Source of the DNA: a virus
Direction: 5' to 3' (one strand)
Length of the DNA: 64,000 nucleotides
Virus record (IMG/VR): IMGVR_UViG_3300022699_000302
Coordinates: 130,115 to 194,114 of that record
The position numbers and the translations under genes are program-made. Of the stretch, positions 55,054 to 62,645 are shown piece after piece. Numbering within the stretch: position 1 is the stretch's first letter; each line of letters starts with the position of its first letter. Below the pieces are notes generated by a model. That model did not search any database and was not told the origin of the DNA. It saw only the letters and a program-made list of their open reading frames with translations.

Positions 55054-56544
55054 TTACTTGTTCAATCCTCGAGCCTTCACTACCAGGGTTTTGAGTAGTT
55101 TGCGGCCCGATGCATTGAATTCGGCCAGGTCTTCGGCAGACAGCCCGAGACGATCGCGGTACTCTGCAATCTTTTCGACAACTTCCTTGTCGGTGAGATC
55201 CGAAATACGACGAGCCTTCTTCTCCGACGCCTTGTCTTCCTTAGCCTTCTTCTCCTGCTTGGCTTTTGTCTTCTTAGCCCCCTTCTTCTTTTTCGATCCA
55301 GTTTTCTCTTTCTTATCGGTCTTCAGGACCTTCTCAGCCTTGGACTTTTCCTCCTTGGTGATTTGGTCCATCACACCAGTCCGTTCGAGGAGGTGGGTGA
55401 CGTTGGCGACCTTGAGTTTGACTTCATCGACTTTGCACCCGAAAAACTTCGATGCGTGTTTCTTCGACTCCTCGATGCAAAACGTACCTTTGTGTTCGTA
55501 CAGAGACAGTCCGGTTACGCCTTCCGGCAGCTTGTCGTGTTTGTGAATCGGAAAAGGAAGCAGAGCGATACCGAAGGCCGATTCGTAGGCTTTCAACAAC
55601 CGGGCAGCTCTTGCCTCGTCTAAGTCGTGCTCCGCCATCCAGGACTGAGCCATCTGGTAGAAGTGGTCTCCCTGACTGGGTTGTTCCCGTCCTTCTTGGC
55701 CGGCTCGTTTCACCGCGATCCGATAAGTTTCATCGATCTGATCAGCCTGCCACGCTTTGACCGAGAACCCATAACGACGTTCGACTTCATCAGGATTTTC
55801 CCCTTCTTCTGCTGCCTTAAGCTCTGCCACGGCAGTAGCAAAGCGTTGCTTGAGGTACTGATCGAAGTCTTTCTCCTTCATCAGGTTGACAGGGTTGGAT
55901 GGGGTCAAGAGCATCTTGTCTTCGTCGAGTTCGAAGTCTTTCTTGGTGGCAATACCAGAGACGAAGAACTTCCAGTACTTGGCCAAGCGGCCATAGTAGT
56001 ACTTGCTGATAGTCGTGACGTCTTTTTCCAGAGCAACCAACAACTGCGCAGCGCGGGCATACCGCACCGCCTGGGACCAATCGATCTTGTGAAAGATCGC
56101 GAAGTAGTCGACAGCGTTGTGCCCAGTATTCAGCTCTTTCCAGGCCTGACGGTTGATCAACCGAAGCATAGCGATGGCGAAATCCGCTCGACTGGTGTTG
56201 ATCTTCTCGTTTGCGATCTCGAGGTGGTCTTCGATCTCATTGGTAGAAGCGTTCAGCTTATACTTCTTCTTGTTGGCTTCTGACATGTACTTGAACATGA
56301 GGTCTTCAGCGTGTTCAACCGCATGCTCAGCCAGGTCTTTCGTGGCTTGGTCAATAATTTCATCGACCGGCTTGATCGACTTTTCTTCGGATTCGTTTTT
56401 GGCTTTCTTCTCTTTGATGTCGACAACCTCCACATCAACTACTTTGGACTTTTTAGACTTCTTGGTTTTGGTCTTGGCTTTGGTCTTAGGGGTACTCTTC
56501 TTTGCTTTCTTTCCCTTGGACTTCTTCTGAGTCTTCGTTGCCAT
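55054..56544 (-). CDS. Hypothetical protein with H1-like Lys-rich termini
   Basis: AGGAG before ATG 56544; MATKTQKKSKGKKAKKSTPKTKAK. Confidence 0.7.
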   Translation of the reverse strand: MATKTQKKSKGKKAKKSTPKTKAKTKTKKSKKSKVVDVEVVDIKEKKAKNESEEKSIKPVDEIIDQATKDLAEHAVEHAEDLMFKYMSEANKKKYKLNASTNEIEDHLEIANEKINTSRADFAIAMLRLINRQAWKELNTGHNAVDYFAIFHKIDWSQAVRYARAAQLLVALEKDVTTISKYYYGRLAKYWKFFVSGIATKKDFELDEDKMLLTPSNPVNLMKEKDFDQYLKQRFATAVAELKAAEEGENPDEVERRYGFSVKAWQADQIDETYRIAVKRAGQEGREQPSQGDHFYQMAQSWMAEHDLDEARAARLLKAYESAFGIALLPFPIHKHDKLPEGVTGLSLYEHKGTFCIEESKKHASKFFGCKVDEVKLKVANVTHLLERTGVMDQITKEEKSKAEKVLKTDKKEKTGSKKKKGAKKTKAKQEKKAKEDKASEKKARRISDLTDKEVVEKIAEYRDRLGLSAEDLAEFNASGRKLLKTLVVKARGLNK

Positions 56545-56558
56545 GGTTTCTCCTGGAC

Positions 56559-56581
56559 TTGGCTGCGTCCGATGCAACCAA
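56559..56581. repeat. 23-bp dispersed palindrome, copy 6 (intergenic)
   Basis: TTGGCTGCGTC C GATGCAACCAA; it fills the gap between stop 56582 and the next RBS. Confidence 0.9.
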
Positions 56582-57505
56582 TTACGCAAAACAAATATGT
56601 CTGAACGGGCACTTCTTGGCCCGATTACATGATTTACTGGAACACACCCGTTCTACCTTATGCGGTGTCTCCCTGTCGACGTTCTTTTTGATCAACCGAA
56701 TCTGACTGTAAAGCCAGTCAACTACGTGGTCTGAACCCGTTACGATATAGGACTTCGGGGCATAGGTGTCTTTGTTGACGTAGATCACCATGACTCCGTC
56801 TACTCCCTTAGCGTGGGCGTACACCAGCCCCTGGATCATATGAGCTCGGTTCGGCTCTGTCCTCTTGGGGTGATTCCACTTATTCTGGCTCTTCAATTCT
56901 GCGATGTATCTCTTCCCGTTGACGAGGCGAATTTCTCCATCGCAATGTCCGACTACACGATAATGGGCGTGTTCTTGTTCGGTCAGATCCTCTTCCTCAC
57001 AGTTCAACACTACATGTGCAGGGATCTGAATCCTCTCTTCCTTGAACCAGATATCGTCTTGCGGGGCGCCACAGCTATCACACTTTTTCGGCATCTTGAT
57101 GATGTCGTCGTTGGTACCGTGGACAGCACTGCAAGAAAAACACTCCCAACGCCCATAAAGAATACCCATGGGTCCGAGAATACGAGACTGCCACCACAGG
57201 TGGGTAGCATGGCCGGCCTCGAAGATCATCTGTGTTTCAGGAGAGGGACGAACCGACGGGACTTTGTCGCCTGCCTTGATCGCTATGACCTTATAGACTT
57301 GTTCACGTAGGCAGAAATTCCCCAAACCCGAGGGATGAATACCGGGTAATCGGTAATCTGGCTCCCTTTCATACTTGATCCATGCTCGTACAGCATTACT
57401 GAGTTGAGGGAACTCCTGGACCTGGAATTCGTCGACCGGTCCAGTCGGCAAGCACTTCAGAAGGAGCTCGGCTTCGGTTTGGGCTGCGTGATCGATTCGA
57501 GCCAT
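56582..57505 (-). CDS. Cas4-like PD-(D/E)xK exonuclease
   Basis: HPSGLGNFCLRE, GHCDG, IAELKS, QGLVY, C-terminal C..C..KCPFRHIC Fe-S pattern, plus CFSC/CDSC insert. Confidence 0.8.
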   Translation of the reverse strand: MARIDHAAQTEAELLLKCLPTGPVDEFQVQEFPQLSNAVRAWIKYEREPDYRLPGIHPSGLGNFCLREQVYKVIAIKAGDKVPSVRPSPETQMIFEAGHATHLWWQSRILGPMGILYGRWECFSCSAVHGTNDDIIKMPKKCDSCGAPQDDIWFKEERIQIPAHVVLNCEEEDLTEQEHAHYRVVGHCDGEIRLVNGKRYIAELKSQNKWNHPKRTEPNRAHMIQGLVYAHAKGVDGVMVIYVNKDTYAPKSYIVTGSDHVVDWLYSQIRLIKKNVDRETPHKVERVCSSKSCNRAKKCPFRHICFA

Positions 57506-57729
57506 TTTACGAACTCCTCTCTATCCCCTGTGTACGTGAATTTCGATTTCTCGCCCTTCGGTGTCCTGCAGGTAATTATGACGCCGTCTTTGGTGGATCC
57601 AATAAGGTAAAACTCGTAATCGCTGTGAGCCATTCGGCAGATCGACAGGAGTTCGGCCATGTCCCTTAGTCGGTCTTCTTTGGTCTCTTCCGAAGGCGGG
57701 AGACCTTCTTTTTTGGTAGATCCTTCCAT
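57457..57729 (-). CDS. Hypothetical protein
   Basis: 90-aa ORF with GGAG upstream; overlaps both neighbours. Confidence 0.5.
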   Translation of the reverse strand: MEGSTKKEGLPPSEETKEDRLRDMAELLSICRMAHSDYEFYLIGSTKDGVIITCRTPKGEKSKFTYTGDREEFVKWLESITQPKPKPSSF

Positions 57730-58304
57730 TCTTGTTTCTCCACGAGATCTGCGAACTCCGCTTTGTCTAGCTCGTACCAGTGGGTCAGGTGGGAGTACAA
57801 TGCCTTTTCCTCCGGTATTGCTTCGATGGCTGTCTTTCCTCTAAGAGGTTTACTGAGAAGGGCCTTTGGCACAAAAAAACGCATATCCACCGCCTCAGGG
57901 TCATCTGGTACGGTACAGTCCATCCACGCTGTGGAGACGATGGGTATGCGTTTCTGTACCATAGCCTCTCTCGTAACCTTGGCAAAGATCCCATAGCTAG
58001 GAGTTTTCGGAAGACGACTGAGGCCGGCTTTGCACTCAACCAGGAGAGTCTTGTTCTTAACGTCTCCTTTAGCGAATGTGCCGGCCCCGCTAGCTTTGAC
58101 ACTACGTCCTCTAATCAAGGAACAGATTATCGCTATCTGCCTCGTCTCCGCTGCTCTCTTCTTTGGGTTCTGCCTTCTTGTTGTTTCCGCTGCTTTTCTT
58201 TCCTTTTGACTTGGTTCCTCCAGACTTAGTGCCTTTCTTACCTTTCTTAGTCCGGGGTCCTGTGAGAGAAACTTTCGCAATCTCGAGTTCCCCTTTGACG
58301 TCAT
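57666..58304 (-). CDS. PD-(D/E)xK (Hjc-like) resolvase/endonuclease; start uncertain
   Basis: E..IA..SGAG...GDV...LLVECK. Confidence 0.65.
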   Translation of the reverse strand: MTSKGNSRLRKFLSQDPGLRKVRKALSLEEPSQKERKAAETTRRQNPKKRAAETRQIAIICSLIRGRSVKASGAGTFAKGDVKNKTLLVECKAGLSRLPKTPSYGIFAKVTREAMVQKRIPIVSTAWMDCTVPDDPEAVDMRFFVPKALLSKPLRGKTAIEAIPEEKALYSHLTHWYELDKAEFADLVEKQEWKDLPKKKVSRLRKRPKKTD

Positions 58305-59514
58305 GGTCTACCTCTGCATCGTAAAACGGGTTATAGAAATAGTTCTCCGAATTGAGGTAGGGTTTGGCCGATTCCGGAAAAGTCGCATAGAAGATCGGGT
58401 AGCGTGCCATCCACTGCATGTCTTTATTCCTCAAGGCTTGCAGGGCTTCTCCTTTTTTCCCGAACGTGATGCCGAGAACTTCGTATCCTTCTTTGGTCTT
58501 ACCGGCCAACTTAAGTGCCTCTAGCCAGTCCCACAACCTCTCCGGTTCGTCGGAATCACCGACCCTCTTTCCCTTGTAGTCCTGCATGTAGCCGCGATAG
58601 CTGCCGACATAGTTCATCCCCCCGCCCATAGTGGCCTTGTCAATCTTGAACTGGAAGTCGGCGTATCGAAGGGAGTCTGCTTCTGCGATAGCTTTCTTAT
58701 CGATCTTCTCGTTGATTTTGGGTCGGTTGAGGTAGATGTTGGTTGTCATCATGTGACGGTAGGCATGGCCTCCTGCCTCTTTCTGTTTCCGTCCGTACAT
58801 CGTGAGGTTGGCCCGCATCTGATTAGTGCCTACGATCGTAATATCACCGTCCTGACTCGATCCGAGCTTGTGATTTTCACGGAGCACGGTAAAGATCAGG
58901 TTTTGGATCATCTTGGCGTGAGCGCCAACTTTGGCATTGGATGACCGTCGGCCGTCCATCTCTTCGGGGAACAACGAGGCAAACGAGTCGACAATGAACG
59001 CGTCGACAACCCGCCTCCCGCTCTTTGCTGATTCTTCGATACGATCGGTCAGGAAATCGCCAGACTTCGGGTAGCCGATCAGGAAATGCGCTTTATCGTC
59101 GAGAGGAAGGTCGAACCCTTTGTGAGCATACGCAGGGTCGAGGCGACGTTCAGCCGCTACAAAGATCGTCCGCATGCGCTTCTTCTTACCACACTTACAC
59201 GTAGTCTTGACCTCCCCAGTCTCGTAGTTATGCCAGTCGATGATCGGAGTCCAGCACTTCCGACAAGTGTTGTACATCGTGTGGGCCAGGCGCAGCATCA
59301 TGTGCGTTTTGCCGGCGTGTTCGGCTCCGACTACTGCAGAGTTCTGCCCCCGAGGGAATCCTCCCCGCAGAGCTATGTCGAGCTCGATGTACCAGGTAGG
59401 GAGCCGCACCCAAGATGTCTCGAGTGCGGCGCCCAGTGAGTCAAGCCATTTCAGGCTCAGACCTTCGTTGTCTTCGCCTTCCATGAATCTTTCGAGGCCT
59501 TGTTTCTTAGCCAT
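58111..59514 (-). CDS. recA: RecA-like recombinase with Zn-finger insert
   Basis: LDIALRGGFPRG, Walker A GAEHAGKT, FVAAERRLDP, FIVDSFASL, TNQMR, GGHAYRH; CRKC..CKC insert. Confidence 0.88.
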   Translation of the reverse strand: MAKKQGLERFMEGEDNEGLSLKWLDSLGAALETSWVRLPTWYIELDIALRGGFPRGQNSAVVGAEHAGKTHMMLRLAHTMYNTCRKCWTPIIDWHNYETGEVKTTCKCGKKKRMRTIFVAAERRLDPAYAHKGFDLPLDDKAHFLIGYPKSGDFLTDRIEESAKSGRRVVDAFIVDSFASLFPEEMDGRRSSNAKVGAHAKMIQNLIFTVLRENHKLGSSQDGDITIVGTNQMRANLTMYGRKQKEAGGHAYRHMMTTNIYLNRPKINEKIDKKAIAEADSLRYADFQFKIDKATMGGGMNYVGSYRGYMQDYKGKRVGDSDEPERLWDWLEALKLAGKTKEGYEVLGITFGKKGEALQALRNKDMQWMARYPIFYATFPESAKPYLNSENYFYNPFYDAEVDHDVKGELEIAKVSLTGPRTKKGKKGTKSGGTKSKGKKSSGNNKKAEPKEESSGDEADSDNLFLD

Positions 59515-59531
59515 GAACCACCTCAGTTCGT

Positions 59532-60287
59532 CTATTGGTCGTCTTTGTCGAGAACACCCATTCCCTGCAGGTCTTGAGTGACTTTATGCTGAGTCTTCAG
59601 ACGGTCAGTTGTGGTAACCCTGTCCATACGGAGACTCATCAGGCCCTGAGTCATGTCGTTCTCTTCATTCGGGTCAATACCGATGATGTGCTTGATATCT
59701 TCAAGCACTGCGGTCGATAAGACGCCGTCGTCGGGCCACCGATCGTAGAGATAGTGAGAAAGGATGTCAGGGACCGAGAAATCATCAAGGCTCCGAGCAT
59801 CCTGTTCGTCGAACTCTGTCTCAAGGTCTTTGAGCGGGTCGAGCTGGACAAGCGGATGAGGGTCCAGGGGCATTCCGTGGCTGTCGATCATAAAGAACAC
59901 CAGGTTCTGCTTTTTGGGCTTCTTACGGTACTCCAGCGGATGGCCCTGAGACATCTCCTTTTTCGCTTTGTGTTCCTCAAGAATCGGACTGAGCTGGCTG
60001 GCAAGATGATTAGCCATCATCTCCATGCCTTCGGGTTCCATGTAGATGTTCTGGGTTTTCCGGTCCAGGGACTCGATGCCGGCGTGAGCCAGGGCTGCGA
60101 TCTGGACAAACCGTTGTCGGATTTTCCCCGGATGGTGGTCTCGAACAGCTCGCCTGCACTTGATCGTATAGGATTCGATGAACCCCAACCAGTCGCTAAA
60201 GGTGTGATTATCGTCGTGATCGGGGCCACCCCAAATGGTGTTCTGACGGAGCCGCTCCATCAGGATGTCTTTCAATGCGATGTACAT
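59532..60287 (-). CDS. Protein with an N-terminal MazG-like helical domain
   Basis: ERLRQNTIWG..HTFSDWLGFI..FVQIAALAHAGIESLDR. Confidence 0.45.
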   Translation of the reverse strand: MYIALKDILMERLRQNTIWGGPDHDDNHTFSDWLGFIESYTIKCRRAVRDHHPGKIRQRFVQIAALAHAGIESLDRKTQNIYMEPEGMEMMANHLASQLSPILEEHKAKKEMSQGHPLEYRKKPKKQNLVFFMIDSHGMPLDPHPLVQLDPLKDLETEFDEQDARSLDDFSVPDILSHYLYDRWPDDGVLSTAVLEDIKHIIGIDPNEENDMTQGLMSLRMDRVTTTDRLKTQHKVTQDLQGMGVLDKDDQ

Positions 60288-60295
60288 AAAATCTC

Positions 60296-60799
60296 CTAGA
60301 TAAGTTCGACGTCGTCATCATCGTCGTCGGACTCTTCCTCCATTTCGGACATATCGAATAGGTCGTCTTTATCCAGCTTGTTGTCGGGTTTGTGCAGGCC
60401 TTCGGGCTTGAGTTTCACTACGCCAGCTTGTGTCTCAACCCGGCTCTTGACCAGACCGTCTGCGATCTCGCCAAGGGCTTCCACTGCATCGTCAATATCC
60501 TCCCTGTTCTCGAAAGGCTCGACGGGGACTGCTTTCATGACCAGCCAGGATGTCGCTGTCGAGTAAGCGTTGCGACCGTCTTCGTGGTGCAAGCTCAGTT
60601 GGATCTGTGTCCCCAGCTGCACCTCCCCCACGGGATGAGGGAGTGCGGTCTTTTTCGGTTTCTTCGATTTCGGCATGATTCTCTCCAGATCTACACGCTT
60701 CATGACGTGCAGAAATACCTCGTTTTCGACGACGCTATAGATAAAGATACAGCTACCGCAGGGGTCACTGCGGTGCAGTGGTGGTAGAACAGCGTTCAT
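60296..60799 (-). CDS. Hypothetical protein with acidic tail
   Basis: ATGA-coupled to the helicase; ends EEESDDDDDVELI. Confidence 0.55.
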   Translation of the reverse strand: MNAVLPPLHRSDPCGSCIFIYSVVENEVFLHVMKRVDLERIMPKSKKPKKTALPHPVGEVQLGTQIQLSLHHEDGRNAYSTATSWLVMKAVPVEPFENREDIDDAVEALGEIADGLVKSRVETQAGVVKLKPEGLHKPDNKLDKDDLFDMSEMEEESDDDDDDVELI

Positions 60800-62190
60800 A
60801 TGAGTTGCCTAATGATTCGTGGATGGTTGCCGCGAAGCCTTAACCATCGGGCGTGATTATAGACTTTAGCGGATTCAATCGCCAAGTACCCTTTTCGGAC
60901 ACGTCTGACTGCGCGTCCGATGAGTTGGGGGATGTTGTCGACGGGATCGATAACGATCGGCGTTGCCTTGCCCTCGGCTTTCCGTTGGATCCTCCCGGTG
61001 TATTGACGAGGGTCACTGACCGGCAAAGCGTGGACCAAGCAGTCGAAGTGTTCGATGTCGAGCCCTACACCTCCTTTTCCGTGGGTCGCGAAAACAGTAC
61101 ACCTCGGATCCTTCATGGCCTCTTTGACCTCTTTAGCCTCTTCCTTAGAAGTCTTCCCCATGAACAAAGCACAAGGTGTTTTGGTGGTATCAAAAACGGT
61201 CTGAGCCAGTTGGGCCAAGTGGGCTTTGTACTTACCTAGTACAAGGACCCGGCGCCGTTTCTTGATCATCGAAACAATTGCTTTGACCAGGAACCCGTTA
61301 CGATTGATGTCGTCGGCCAGGGCTCGATCGAGTTGGAATTTCCCGCACTCCTTGTACTCCTTGACTCGATAGTCGGGGTGTTCGTAGGGGTGCATGTGGA
61401 CCTCAACAGGTTCCTGATCGGTGTCCAGCGTTACTTTCTTGTAGGCCAGAGCTCGGCGGAACACCTTACCTAAGCCGTCCATCCTCTCACCAGTAGCGGT
61501 GAGGGCTAGGCTGTAGTGGAAGTTGATGTTCCACAGTCCCATCTGAAATTTGGGAGCACTGAGCAGGTGAGCCTCGTCTGCTATCAAAAGATCGAAGTCG
61601 TACCGGTCCGACTCTTTATACAGGGTTTGCAGCATGATTACGACGAGATCGGCGTCCAGCTCTTTCTTGCCTCCACCGAACCGACCAACCTTGATATCTG
61701 GGAAGAAGCGATGAGCAGCTGAGATCCACTGCTCGAAGACTACTTCAGAGGGAACAATGACCCCGGTTTTACCGCCGATGTTGCCGGCAACCCACAGGCC
61801 CGAGACTGTTTTTCCTGACCCACAAGGAGCTTCAGCATAAACACCCATGCAACTCCGGACTTCTTCGGCCAGGTCCGGAGTTGAGGTATGGGGATTTTTT
61901 GGAGTGGCCTGATGAGGCCGAAGTTTCCCGTTGAACTCCCAGGGCTTGTAGGGGCCCCGGGGCTCAATAACTTTGACTTCTACATCGAGATGGCCATGCA
62001 GTCGCTTGAGATACCAGAACTTCGGGAGATAGTAGAATTCATTAGCTACGGTAAATCCCTCGAAGGTCTCCTCGTCCATGGTCTCGTAGGTCAGTTCCTC
62101 CTCGATCTTGGTTTCATCCGATGCAGCCAAGGCGTCTTTCGGGACTTTGACAACACCACCCATTACCACTTTTCGTTTTGATTCAGCCAC
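60796..62190 (-). CDS. Superfamily II helicase (UvsW/XPB-like)
   Basis: LRPHQ, APCGSGKT, DEAH, LTAT, QYTGRIQR. Confidence 0.92.
   Translation of the reverse strand: MAESKRKVVMGGVVKVPKDALAASDETKIEEELTYETMDEETFEGFTVANEFYYLPKFWYLKRLHGHLDVEVKVIEPRGPYKPWEFNGKLRPHQATPKNPHTSTPDLAEEVRSCMGVYAEAPCGSGKTVSGLWVAGNIGGKTGVIVPSEVVFEQWISAAHRFFPDIKVGRFGGGKKELDADLVVIMLQTLYKESDRYDFDLLIADEAHLLSAPKFQMGLWNINFHYSLALTATGERMDGLGKVFRRALAYKKVTLDTDQEPVEVHMHPYEHPDYRVKEYKECGKFQLDRALADDINRNGFLVKAIVSMIKKRRRVLVLGKYKAHLAQLAQTVFDTTKTPCALFMGKTSKEEAKEVKEAMKDPRCTVFATHGKGGVGLDIEHFDCLVHALPVSDPRQYTGRIQRKAEGKATPIVIDPVDNIPQLIGRAVRRVRKGYLAIESAKVYNHARWLRLRGNHPRIIRQLI
62108..62130. repeat. 23-bp dispersed palindrome, copy 7 (inside the helicase gene)
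   Basis: TTGGTTTCATC C GATGCAGCCAA, read on the minus strand as LAASDETK. Confidence 0.9.
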
Positions 62191-62192
62191 TG

Positions 62193-62645
62193 CTATCCCT
62201 TGATATCTTGGAGGAAGTCCAGGATCTCTCCGGAAATAGCCTCCATTCCGGCCAGTAGCTCCAGATCCGGTAACTCCTCTTCATTGACCCAACACGCACC
62301 GAGATGCTCACTGGAGAGTCTGACTCTGGTATCGTAGTGGACCGGGATTGCGTAGGTATAAACGTTACAGATCTTGTCGGCATAGCCGAATTCATGACGA
62401 ATCAAAGGCTTCAGTGGTACGTCGATGATGCTGTCGCCGGCAATACCCGTTTCTTCCTCGAGTTCACGCAGCATAGCCTGAATCGGGGTCTCTCCCTCCT
62501 CGATCTTGCCTCCTGGATTCTCCCAGGTCAACGGTCCTGTGCCGTCTCGTGGTCGTTTCAGCAAAAGCATTTCAGGGAATCCATCGGGATCCTCAGGGGG
62601 ATGTCGATGGACCAATGCAGCAGCTACTCTAACTTTCTTCTTCAT
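62193..62645 (-). CDS. NUDIX (MutT-like) hydrolase
   Basis: PGGKIEEGETPIQAMLRELEEETGI Nudix box; start overlaps the pol stop (TGATG). Confidence 0.93.
   Translation of the reverse strand: MKKKVRVAAALVHRHPPEDPDGFPEMLLLKRPRDGTGPLTWENPGGKIEEGETPIQAMLRELEEETGIAGDSIIDVPLKPLIRHEFGYADKICNVYTYAIPVHYDTRVRLSSEHLGACWVNEEELPDLELLAGMEAISGEILDFLQDIKG

Noticed and set aside
56582-57505. Cas4-like gene as a sign of a CRISPR system
   Set aside because: No repeat-spacer array or other cas genes are visible. Stand-alone Cas4-like exonucleases are common in phage replication modules.
645-62130. The 23-bp palindromes as CRISPR repeats or terminators
   Set aside because: They are kilobases apart, have a 1-nt centre with non-compensatory mismatches and no U-tract, and four are inside ORFs.
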